Shown piece by piece: positions 47,073 through 55,342 of a stretch of 64,000 nt of DNA (positions are counted from its first letter, which is position 1; each line of letters begins with the position of its first letter). Below the pieces are notes generated by a model. It had not been told where the DNA came from and did not search any database. It saw only the letters and a list, made by a program, of their open reading frames with translations. The position numbers and the translations under genes were made by a program. The stretch is from a virus: positions 7,521 to 71,520 of the IMG/VR virus record IMGVR_UViG_3300037069_001724; one strand, given 5' to 3'.

Positions 47073-48110
47073 TCAGGCCGCCTGCGGGCGGTTCTTGAGA
47101 CGCTCCTTCTTGACGAGCTCGGCGTTGGCCGGGTCCGCGTAGATCTTCTCGAACGCCTGCGCCTCGGTCAGGTCCGGCTTCACCTTGCGGAGCTCGGCGG
47201 CCTTCGCCATGAGAGCGGCGTAGGCGTCGTCGGGCTGATTGCCGCCCAGCGTGGTTCCGAGCTCGGTGAACACGCCGCCCTTCTTCAGAGCGATGCGGTC
47301 CGCCTTGATTATGCCGAGCAGCTTGTCCACGGAGGCACTGTCCCCCCGATAAGCCTTCTGGATCACCTCGGCGTCGGCCTCGACCAGCCCGTGGTCCACG
47401 GCCTTCTTCTGAAGAGTGACCAGCTCCTGCGAGCCGTTCAGCACGTCGAGCTGCTTCTTCATGTCGGCGTTGGCGGCCAAGATTGCCTGCACGTACTCGG
47501 GGACCGGGGGTGCGGCCTTCTCGATGGCGATCTTGCGATCTGCCTTCGACAGAGCGCGGAACACCTTCTTGGCCTCCTCGGTGGGCAGCGCGTCGTGGTG
47601 CGTCTTCTCCGTGGGGTCCATGCCGGCGTTCGCGATCTCCAGATCGTGCTGGATCTTCGCCACCGCCTTGGTGGCCGCCTCGGTTTCGGTCCGCTGCTTC
47701 GCGATCGCTGCGGTTACGTCGGCCTCGGTCGCCGTGTCAGCGAGGCCGAGCGCCTTCTTAAGGACGTTGATGTCCATATCGTGCGTTCCTTCTTCGATAA
47801 CTGCTGGCCCCGCAGTCAGGGTTTTGGAGATGTGGTCGTCGAACTGCTCGAAGGTCTTCGCGAGCGCGGCTCCCTTGTCGGTCACCTTGTCGTCCGCGAG
47901 GATGCTGCTGACGGACTCCGCCAGCGCCCCGGTGGCCTTCGTCACGTCCGTAGTGGACGCAGCGCCGCCGCCGAAGATCTTGCTGAAAATGCTTGGCTTC
48001 TTGCTCATCGTGGTGTTCCTCTTTGTGAGCATGACTCTGACACCCTCGCCCGCGCCCCGATCAACGCTCGAGACCTCGTCGATGCGGAGGTTCGTGAGAA
48101 TTCGTACCAT
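47073..48110 (-). CDS. capsid scaffolding protein
   Basis: LRIDEVSSVDRGAG N-terminus then Ala/Lys/Glu helical region ending TEAQAF. Confidence 0.7.
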   Translation of the reverse strand: MVRILTNLRIDEVSSVDRGAGEGVRVMLTKRNTTMSKKPSIFSKIFGGGAASTTDVTKATGALAESVSSILADDKVTDKGAALAKTFEQFDDHISKTLTAGPAVIEEGTHDMDINVLKKALGLADTATEADVTAAIAKQRTETEAATKAVAKIQHDLEIANAGMDPTEKTHHDALPTEEAKKVFRALSKADRKIAIEKAAPPVPEYVQAILAANADMKKQLDVLNGSQELVTLQKKAVDHGLVEADAEVIQKAYRGDSASVDKLLGIIKADRIALKKGGVFTELGTTLGGNQPDDAYAALMAKAAELRKVKPDLTEAQAFEKIYADPANAELVKKERLKNRPQAA

Positions 48111-48112
48111 GG

Positions 48113-48706
48113 CTAGTCCTCCAGAGTGGTGACACGAGAGGAGCCGCCGATGCTGAACTCAGGCTTCTCGCCGCGCTTGACCGCAGCCCAGAGCTCGGTG
48201 TCGTCCACCTTGAAGCCGACCCACCAGCCGACCAGACCGAGGTCGATGCCGAGTGCCTTCTGCTTCTCCTTGGTGAACACCATGCTCTCGACCATGCGAC
48301 CGACGCCGACGGTGTCGTGCATGTCGCCCTGCACGCGACTCGACAGCGTGTACTCGTAAGCCGCCTTCTCGAGTTCCTCGGCAGGGATGATGTCTCCCTG
48401 CTTGTCCACGATGATGCGTCCGTCCTTCTCGACGACGCTGGCCCACCCGAACATGAGCTGCTGATCCTGGTCGAACTTCTTGATCTCGAGCGGCAGCGAC
48501 CATCCCTTCGAGGCGTGCACGATATCACCGCTATCGTTCTCTTCGTCGAGACCGACATCAGGATCCTTGACGCTCTCGGCTGCGGTGGTAGCGGCCATCT
48601 CGCGTCTCGCCGCGCGCCTCTTTCGCCCCTCGTTGCCGATAGCGGTGCGCGCGTGGACGCCGTTGACACCGGCGTCCTTCCCGAAGATGTCGTCGAAGCT
48701 CTGCAT
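48113..48706 (-). CDS. XkdF-like putative prohead serine protease
   Basis: FGWASV, DKQGD, LEKAAYEY, GDMH, GWWVGFKV, FSIGG. Confidence 0.85.
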   Translation of the reverse strand: MQSFDDIFGKDAGVNGVHARTAIGNEGRKRRAARREMAATTAAESVKDPDVGLDEENDSGDIVHASKGWSLPLEIKKFDQDQQLMFGWASVVEKDGRIIVDKQGDIIPAEELEKAAYEYTLSSRVQGDMHDTVGVGRMVESMVFTKEKQKALGIDLGLVGWWVGFKVDDTELWAAVKRGEKPEFSIGGSSRVTTLED

Positions 48707-48847
48707 GTCAGTGTCCGGTTCCGAATGGGTTGAACAGATAGACCAGAAACGCGAACAGCCCCACCACCGCCAGCGGCACGCCGACGAGTAGTGAGACGTA
48801 TCCGATGGCGTACACCACGTCGTGCACCGTTATCGCGTGATCCATGT

Positions 48848-49270
48848 TCATGTCATCGGTCCCGGCATGAAGCACCTGATCCATACGGGCGGATCAGCCC
48901 CAATCGTGTAGACCGGCCACACCATTGTGCGACCGAACTTGTTCGGCTCCGTGACCAGAGCCTCGTCCGGCACGTCGACCCAGATCATGTCGGTGGAGTC
49001 CGGCTCTCGCGGAATGCGCACGCGATAGTGTCCGTCGTGATTGTCCCAGTCCGCGTCCCGCATCGGGAAGCCGTCGGTCAAGGAGCAGCACAGTCCCTTG
49101 CCGGACTTGAGCTGATCGAACCACGCCTTGAGAGGAGAGTCAGCGTACTTGCCGTCCAGGTCCCGCGCCTGCACGGCGCACGCGAACAGGCACGCGAGTG
49201 AGAGACCCACGATGCCGTAGATGAGAACGAGCTGGATGAGAAGCGCGAAGGACTTCCTTGCCCTTGACAT
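48848..49270 (-). CDS. exported Cys-containing protein resembling Bradyrhizobium-group hypothetical proteins
   Basis: Signal-like N-terminus; SPLKAWFDQLKSGKGLCCS..DG, WVDVPDEA..EPN..GRTMVWP, IRCFMPG. Confidence 0.65.
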   Translation of the reverse strand: MSRARKSFALLIQLVLIYGIVGLSLACLFACAVQARDLDGKYADSPLKAWFDQLKSGKGLCCSLTDGFPMRDADWDNHDGHYRVRIPREPDSTDMIWVDVPDEALVTEPNKFGRTMVWPVYTIGADPPVWIRCFMPGPMT

Positions 49271-49641
49271 CAGAACCTCACGCGCTGACCGTTGATCGTG
49301 AAGCCCTCCTCGCCGTGCTGTCCGCCCATGGTGGGCAGACGCGGATCGGCCTCGCGAATGGCCGCTAGAAACTCCTTGTCGTTCGGGTCGAACGGCTTGA
49401 GCGGCGGTGCCCGAGGCGGCACGTACATGTCGATCTTGGGCGGAGGGATGGTCGGCATGCCGCGCGCCTGAAGCAGGCGATTGTGCGCCGCGCGACGCTC
49501 CGGCGACAGCCACGGCCATCGCGCCTCCTCGTACGTCTTGCCGGTGCCCTCGTAGCTCTGCTGCTCCACCTGAACGCGCTCGACGAGAACCGGGATCTCG
49601 GTGATCTGGCGACGCTTGCGGCGATTGTGTCTACTGCTCAT
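49270..49641 (-). CDS. hypothetical protein
   Basis: 123 aa, coupled overlaps at both ends. Confidence 0.55.
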   Translation of the reverse strand: MSSRHNRRKRRQITEIPVLVERVQVEQQSYEGTGKTYEEARWPWLSPERRAAHNRLLQARGMPTIPPPKIDMYVPPRAPPLKPFDPNDKEFLAAIREADPRLPTMGGQHGEEGFTINGQRVRF

Positions 49642-50036
49642 GGCTCCATCTTCCCTGTCAGTCTGTACTTGATGAATGCGAACACGATGGTGGCGAGATA
49701 TCCGATAGCTGGGATCAGGAGCGCGAGACCAATCTTACCTCCCAGCTTCCAGTAGTTCTCGATCGAGGCCAGTCGTTGCTTCAGGTCGTCGTTGGTCTTC
49801 TGAAACTCCTCTGTCTTCTCCTCGAAGTCCCTCTCCTGCTCGGCGCGCTGCTGCGCCATGTTCCTCTCCATGTCGCCCATCTCGCGCTCCATGTGATCGA
49901 GTCTCTTCTGGAGCTCCAGTACGCGAGACGCGGCCTCGCGGGCATCCAGGACGCGGAGCAGTCGACGCTCCATCTCGTCTTCGTCGATGCCAGCCATGTC
50001 TATAAATTCCTTTAATTTAACGACGACTGCTGCCAT
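49638..50036 (-). CDS. coiled-coil protein with C-terminal transmembrane helix
   Basis: Heptad-rich region then IGLALLIPAIGYLATIVFAFI. Confidence 0.6.
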   Translation of the reverse strand: MAAVVVKLKEFIDMAGIDEDEMERRLLRVLDAREAASRVLELQKRLDHMEREMGDMERNMAQQRAEQERDFEEKTEEFQKTNDDLKQRLASIENYWKLGGKIGLALLIPAIGYLATIVFAFIKYRLTGKMEP

Positions 50037-50391
50037 TGACTAGCTCCAGCTTCTCGTGCTCGAGATCACTGTTCTTTGAGACGGTGGCGGCGATACCATC
50101 GCTCACCGCGTTGAGGCGCTCCATGTATATCGCCTTGACGCTGTCGCTCGTCTCCTGCTTGATCTGCACCTGCCGATCGATCTGCTCCTTGCGAAGTAGG
50201 TCTAGCTGAAGCTTGTTCGTCTGTATCGAGTTGTCGATCAGGCGCTCGGTCAGCTTCTCGTTCTGCGCGATCACGTACTGTCGCGATGCCGGGATCGGAC
50301 CACCGATCGTGACGTAGCCGGTGGCGCACGCCGTGATGCAGGTGGCCGCTCCTCCAGCGACCTTGAGTATCGTTCCCCAGCCCTCTAGCAT
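50017..50391 (-). CDS. N-terminally anchored coiled-coil protein
   Basis: MLEGWGTILKVAGG..., TGATG overlap with portal stop. Confidence 0.55.
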   Translation of the reverse strand: MLEGWGTILKVAGGAATCITACATGYVTIGGPIPASRQYVIAQNEKLTERLIDNSIQTNKLQLDLLRKEQIDRQVQIKQETSDSVKAIYMERLNAVSDGIAATVSKNSDLEHEKLELVNGSSRR

Positions 50392-51908
50392 CACGATCCT
50401 CCGCTCTGTCTCATCTCCTTGATGCGCCGTGCCATCATGCCCTTTAGCATCTTCTTCAGGTTGTCCTTGTCCATGCCGAGCATCTGCACCGGAACGGCCT
50501 TGGTCTTTCCGTTCTCCTCCTCGTTCACCTCCGGGAAGCCCGCCGCGTCCCTGAGGAAGGACTCGAGCTCCTCGTCGGGGAACAGCGCCATCCCTGACAT
50601 CGCGAGATTGTTGATGAACGCGCCGAGGCCGTCCAGGTCCATGCGCTGCGGCATGTCCGGCTGAAACTCCGGCATCAGCTTCAGGTCGAGGCCGTTCAGC
50701 TCCCAGATGCGAGGAAGCGCGTATCGGTTCAGCACCGAGGCGATGGACTGGAGCCAGCCCTCGATGGCCGCGTAGAACATGTCGACCTTCATGGTGCCGA
50801 GGTTGTTCGTGCCTCGCACCTCGTGCCCCATCTGGATGAAGTCGCAGAGCACAGTCATGAGCATGTCGATCTTGTGACGCGTGATAGTCTTGTCGATGTC
50901 GACGCCGCCCTTGCCGCCGCCGGATCCAGGCGTCAGGAGCTGAAAGTCGTACATCTTGACGTTCGACATCGTGCCGTCGGCGTTCTGATAGGTGTTCGAC
51001 GGAAGCATCGCTCCCATCTGCTCGCCGATGCGCACGTTGGTCACGAGGTTCTTGAGCGCCTGAAGCGTCATGCTGGCCTTGGCGCTGTCCGGCCCGGTGC
51101 CGGCCGCCGCGTCCATCAGGGCGTTCGGCACGGTCAGCAGCGGAAAGCCGCTGATGCGCTCGAACAGAACCGCCTCCATCTCCTCCATCCTCTTGACGAA
51201 GTAGTACGAGCGATACGCCGTGCGCAGTATGCTTCGTCCCTCCGGGTTGTTCTTGTGCGACTGCGGCCGAAACAGCAGCATCTTCTCGATCGGTATGTCG
51301 ATGAATGTACCGACCCACGGCTGCTGAGTAAGGCCGCGCACCTGTCCGTTGCCGTCGAAGAACCACTTGAGCACGGTGTCCTGTCCGCGGATGGGAAGCC
51401 GGCGCCAGCCGATGCGTCCGTCCGCGAAGTCCGACGTCGGCAGCGCCGGCGTCATGCCCCCCGCCGTGTCGTCGCTGACTTGGGGAGGGCGGGGGCCGCT
51501 GCGACGCTTGTACACGATCTCGTGAGCCGCGAAGCCGTAGCCGAGCATCGACAGCGCCTCGGTGACGAAGTCCTCCCAGGTGTGGGACATGTCCATGCGC
51601 AGACTGTCGGCGAAGTCGGCCTCCTTCTTCGCGGCGGCGTTGTCACTCGCAGGCTCGACGCGCCACTTAACCTTGCGCATGGCCTGCTGAATGGCGAACA
51701 GCATCGAGCCGACAACCGAGGAGTTGTCGATCATCTCCCGGTAGACGGTGATGGCCTGACGACCAACTAGCTGCGGAAGAAACTCCTCTCGCACCCAGCC
51801 CGAGTATTGACGAAGACCGTAGGATCCGTAGTCCTCGAACAGCATCTGCGAGTTGAGCTGCGGAGGCAGATAGCCGCCGCTGCCGTCGGTGGTCGGGTTC
51901 TGCGCCAC
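50391..51908 (-). CDS. portal protein (DUF935/Mu gp29-like)
   Basis: GLRQYSGWVREEFLPQL, ALSMLGYGFAAHEIVYK, NPEGRSILR. Confidence 0.9.
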   Translation of the reverse strand: MAQNPTTDGSGGYLPPQLNSQMLFEDYGSYGLRQYSGWVREEFLPQLVGRQAITVYREMIDNSSVVGSMLFAIQQAMRKVKWRVEPASDNAAAKKEADFADSLRMDMSHTWEDFVTEALSMLGYGFAAHEIVYKRRSGPRPPQVSDDTAGGMTPALPTSDFADGRIGWRRLPIRGQDTVLKWFFDGNGQVRGLTQQPWVGTFIDIPIEKMLLFRPQSHKNNPEGRSILRTAYRSYYFVKRMEEMEAVLFERISGFPLLTVPNALMDAAAGTGPDSAKASMTLQALKNLVTNVRIGEQMGAMLPSNTYQNADGTMSNVKMYDFQLLTPGSGGGKGGVDIDKTITRHKIDMLMTVLCDFIQMGHEVRGTNNLGTMKVDMFYAAIEGWLQSIASVLNRYALPRIWELNGLDLKLMPEFQPDMPQRMDLDGLGAFINNLAMSGMALFPDEELESFLRDAAGFPEVNEEENGKTKAVPVQMLGMDKDNLKKMLKGMMARRIKEMRQSGGS

Positions 51909-51911
51909 TTA

Positions 51912-53282
51912 TCAGTCTTCCCTGTTGATGGGCGTCCGCGCCTGAATGATGTCGGACACGCGCTCGATCACCTGTCTCCAGTCACCCTGCTTCTGCTGAC
52001 GGACCTGCATCACGTTCGCGTACCAAGGAGACGACTGACGCGAGCCGAACCAGCGCCAGCAGTTGTCCCTCGGCGTCATGACGATGGTGGGAACGCCGAG
52101 CGCCCCCGCGAGATGTGCGACAGCGGTGTCCACCGCCACCACCAGATCGAGACACACGATCAGGCGCGCGGTGTCGTAGAAGTCGTGTATCCCCACCTCG
52201 TGGTGCCGCATCTGGAACGGAGGTGCGCGGTACGGATACTGAAGACTGTGCCACTCCACGCCGAGCAGCGCCCCGAGCGGCGCGATCAGCGAGAGGTCCC
52301 CGATACTCTTCATGGCGGCCAACTGCGCCAGCTCCGGCTGGAGAGGCCTCTCGCCCGCGTGCCAGCAGATGCCGACGCGCGTGATACCATCGACTACTTG
52401 CGGACCGTCCTCCATCGGGCGAACGTGGACGTATGGCTGCGGCCGAATGTCGTCGATGATGCCGACGTGAGCCGCTCGCGCCGCGCTCATGATCGACATG
52501 GCGTGCGACACCTCGCGCGGTATCGAGTCTCCGTAGGCCACAACACCGTCGATGCCCTGCGTTCCGTGGATCACGAGATCCAGCAGCGGCTTCTTGGCCT
52601 CGAGCCAGATCTTCATGCGCGGATACATCGACTTGAGCGCGAAGGCGTACCGCATGAACATGATGTAGTCGCCGTGGCCCTGCTCGCCGTAGATGAGCAG
52701 ACCACTCGGCAGTGCGTCCGCCATGCCGTTCCACTCCGGCACTCCGAGGTGACGCCGCGCCGCGTTCGGCATCCGGCGACGCCACTCGAGCTCGTCCCAT
52801 CCCTCGCGAAGGTGACCGGCGCGGAGCAGCGCGTTCGCGAAGCTCGTGTGCATGGTCGGCGTGTCTGGCTCCGCCTCCACCGCGCGCCGCATCAGCGCGA
52901 TGGCCTCGTCGTCGCGGTCGTCGAGTCTCGCGAGCGACGCTAGGTTGTGCAGCGCGGGAGCGTGACGCGGATCTAGCTGCGTCGCGTGCTCCCAGCATCG
53001 CTGCGACTCGTCGAACCGGCCCATCTGCATCCAGGCGACGCCCTCGTCGGCGAGCCAGTTCGCGCTCGGTCCGGCGTGGTCCATCGCGCGATCGAGACAC
53101 TGCATGGACTCGAACGGCATTCCGATCTTGCCGAACAGAGCGCCGCGCGCCGCCCAAGCCTCGGAGTAGTTGGGACGCAGGATCAGTGCCTCCTGGAGCG
53201 CGACGAACGCTCCCTGCACGTTGCCGCGCGCCGCGTGGTTGCTGGCGCTCTCGAAGAACTGCTCGGCGGTGATCTCACTCAT
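51912..53282 (-). CDS. TPR-repeat protein with GT9-like glycosyltransferase domain
   Basis: N-terminal TPRs; EQGHGDYIMFMRY, RVGICWHAG, DFYDTA....LDLVVAVDTAVAHLAGALGVPT, WRW...SPWY. Confidence 0.88.
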   Translation of the reverse strand: MSEITAEQFFESASNHAARGNVQGAFVALQEALILRPNYSEAWAARGALFGKIGMPFESMQCLDRAMDHAGPSANWLADEGVAWMQMGRFDESQRCWEHATQLDPRHAPALHNLASLARLDDRDDEAIALMRRAVEAEPDTPTMHTSFANALLRAGHLREGWDELEWRRRMPNAARRHLGVPEWNGMADALPSGLLIYGEQGHGDYIMFMRYAFALKSMYPRMKIWLEAKKPLLDLVIHGTQGIDGVVAYGDSIPREVSHAMSIMSAARAAHVGIIDDIRPQPYVHVRPMEDGPQVVDGITRVGICWHAGERPLQPELAQLAAMKSIGDLSLIAPLGALLGVEWHSLQYPYRAPPFQMRHHEVGIHDFYDTARLIVCLDLVVAVDTAVAHLAGALGVPTIVMTPRDNCWRWFGSRQSSPWYANVMQVRQQKQGDWRQVIERVSDIIQARTPINRED

Positions 53283-53520
53283 GTCCGCCTCCCTGCGCGT
53301 CGCCGACGGGGATGGTAAAATTCGTGCCGTCGTGATCGAGCGTGATGCCAGACACGATATTCAGGCCGACGAGCTTCTGCTCGTCCTTCTCGCGCGCATC
53401 CATGGCGGCGACGGTCACCATGAGCTCGGCCCGCGCCAACGCCGCCGCGTTTGTCGGCGCCTTGGTCTGACCGAGCCAGTCGATCAAGGCGATTATGTTC
53501 CTCAGGTCCTTGGACTGCAC
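53275..53520 (-). CDS. hypothetical protein
   Basis: 81 aa, AAGGAG RBS. Confidence 0.5.
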   Translation of the reverse strand: MQSKDLRNIIALIDWLGQTKAPTNAAALARAELMVTVAAMDAREKDEQKLVGLNIVSGITLDHDGTNFTIPVGDAQGGGHE

Positions 53521-53550
53521 TGCACTGCTCCTTTACTGCTGATGAGTTGA

Positions 53551-53862
53551 CTAGCCGGCCTGATCGGTGCCGGGCTCCGACGAGGTCGCGTCGCCACCCG
53601 GCTCGTCGCCGGGATACACCGCGTTCGGGTTTTTCGGCGTGTTCACGGTGTCGCTGCGTCCACTCGGATCCTGGTGAAGTCCGCGCTCGAAGGTCTCGGC
53701 CGGATGCAGCACGCCATGGATCACTTGCTCGGCCACGTCCTCGGCGGCCTTCGCGGTGTCCTTCAGAGCCTCGAGCTCCCTTCCCTTCTCCGCGTTCCGG
53801 ATCGCCTCCTCGGCGTTCTGGTCGTCGGCCTTCGGCACGTTATCGTGATATGACTCTGGCAT
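53551..53862 (-). CDS. acidic low-complexity hypothetical protein
   Basis: 103 aa, GGAGG RBS. Confidence 0.55.
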   Translation of the reverse strand: MPESYHDNVPKADDQNAEEAIRNAEKGRELEALKDTAKAAEDVAEQVIHGVLHPAETFERGLHQDPSGRSDTVNTPKNPNAVYPGDEPGGDATSSEPGTDQAG

Positions 53863-53871
53863 CGATCCCTC

Positions 53872-54048
53872 CTATGCGTCGAACTGGTTGACTTCCTGGA
53901 GCTCGAGACGTCCAGTCTCCGTGTCGAGCTCGTAGTTCTCTCCGTAGCGAAGTGTGCCCTGTATCAGCATCGGTCCGCTCGGCGTGGGAACAGTGAACTG
54001 CGCCTGCACGACGCGCTCGCTGCTCCCACGAATGCAGATGATGATCAC
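53872..54048 (-). CDS. hypothetical protein (58 aa)
   Basis: GTGA overlap start, VIIICIRG... Confidence 0.4.
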   Translation of the reverse strand: MIIICIRGSSERVVQAQFTVPTPSGPMLIQGTLRYGENYELDTETGRLELQEVNQFDA

Positions 54049-54136
54049 CGAAACTGTCCCGCAGCCCAGATAATCATGACGCAGACGCAGATCATCGCCA
54101 CGCAGATGACCCAAGCCTGACCAGTGCTGATGTCCA

Positions 54137-54358
54137 TCATATCGCGTCCCTCGGCTGATAGTCGTACGGCGCGCATCGGTATCCACCGACCGTCCACTGC
54201 TCGCCGCGATAGATGGACTTCTCCTTCCATCCGGCGACCTCCTGCGGCACGATCAGGCACAGCGGCGCCTCCTCGCGCGACATGACCTCCTCGTGACAGA
54301 CCGGTGTGTCCATCAGTCCGATGGAGTGACATACGAGCACGACGGTGGCGAACCTCAC
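54137..54358 (-). CDS. small exported Cys-rich protein
   Basis: 73 aa, 4 Cys, GTGA overlap. Confidence 0.5.
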   Translation of the reverse strand: MRFATVVLVCHSIGLMDTPVCHEEVMSREEAPLCLIVPQEVAGWKEKSIYRGEQWTVGGYRCAPYDYQPRDAI

Positions 54359-54555
54359 TTCAGCAGCACGCTGCGCACCGCGCAGTCCTTTGCCTCGAGC
54401 AGCTTGCGCAGCGCCACGGTCCGCTCGCTGTTGCGCGGCAGTGTCTCCACGATGTCGTACGCCAGCAGACAGAACGGCCGCGACACGAGACGCAGATGCT
54501 CGGGAAGGTGCGCGTACTGAAAGAACTGAAGCATCGGGTCCGGCATGTCGCTCAT
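54355..54555 (-). CDS. conserved small helical-hairpin phage protein
   Basis: FFQYAHLPEHL..VSRPF..LA.....LP.N.E.TVALRKLLEAKDCAVR. Confidence 0.75.
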   Translation of the reverse strand: MSDMPDPMLQFFQYAHLPEHLRLVSRPFCLLAYDIVETLPRNSERTVALRKLLEAKDCAVRSVLLK

Positions 54556-54785
54556 GGCTTCTTGCTCCAGCTTCTGTACTTCACGATCACGTACTTCTTC
54601 AGACCGGTGATCGGCGTGCGCTGCTGCTCGATCATCGCGGCGTCGGCCAGATCCTCGAGCACGCGCGCCACGTCCGCCTGATCACCGCTGCCGATGGCCA
54701 TGCGGACCTCCGCTGGACTTCGCCACTCGGTGGTCACGTGCGCCAGCACGCGAGCGCGCGACGGCGAGTTCGGGCTATGACTCAC
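54552..54785 (-). CDS. small winged-helix-like protein
   Basis: RVLAHV..EW.SPAEV......V.RVLEDL; start uncertain. Confidence 0.4.
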   Translation of the reverse strand: MSHSPNSPSRARVLAHVTTEWRSPAEVRMAIGSGDQADVARVLEDLADAAMIEQQRTPITGLKKYVIVKYRSWSKKP

Positions 54786-55338
54786 GGCGACGATCCAGTG
54801 CCGAGTAGCCGGGTGGTGGATCGCCCTGTATCCACGCCACGATGGGACGCGGCATGTCGCGACGTATCGCGGCGTCCATAAGCATGTCCTCGGACGGACG
54901 CGACGCACTGTACTGCACGCGATCAAGGTCCCACGACGTCGGGCCACCGCGCACCTCCGGCGCTATCTGCGACTCGCCTCTGCGAACGCGGATGCCGGCT
55001 CGGTCGCGAAGTGTCGCGCGGCGCTGCCAGATGCTGCCGACTGTGCGATGCGGAAGCTTCTCCGTGCACTCGTTGACGTTGGTGCACGTCATCGCGATCT
55101 CGTCCTCCTCTGGAGTCCAATTTCTGCGTCGCCTCTGCCCGACACTGCGGTCGTCAGTGACGCGGACCCTCAGGTGAGTGCCGCGCTGCATGATGCTGCC
55201 CTGCGAGCGACCGAGGTCGCGACTCATGTCCTGTATTGACACCGAGTTGCGCGACATCTCGCGAAGCCGATTGTCCTCGTGCTCGGTCCACGCCTTGCCG
55301 TTTCGTGGATGCGTCTCGCTCGGGTAGTGTCTTGACAT
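54775..55338 (-). CDS. Myb/SANT-like repeat DNA-binding protein
   Basis: Two repeats: WTEHEDNRL...LGRSQGSI and WTPEEDEI...LPHRTVGSI. Confidence 0.65.
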   Translation of the reverse strand: MSRHYPSETHPRNGKAWTEHEDNRLREMSRNSVSIQDMSRDLGRSQGSIMQRGTHLRVRVTDDRSVGQRRRRNWTPEEDEIAMTCTNVNECTEKLPHRTVGSIWQRRATLRDRAGIRVRRGESQIAPEVRGGPTSWDLDRVQYSASRPSEDMLMDAAIRRDMPRPIVAWIQGDPPPGYSALDRRRES

Positions 55339-55342
55339 GACG

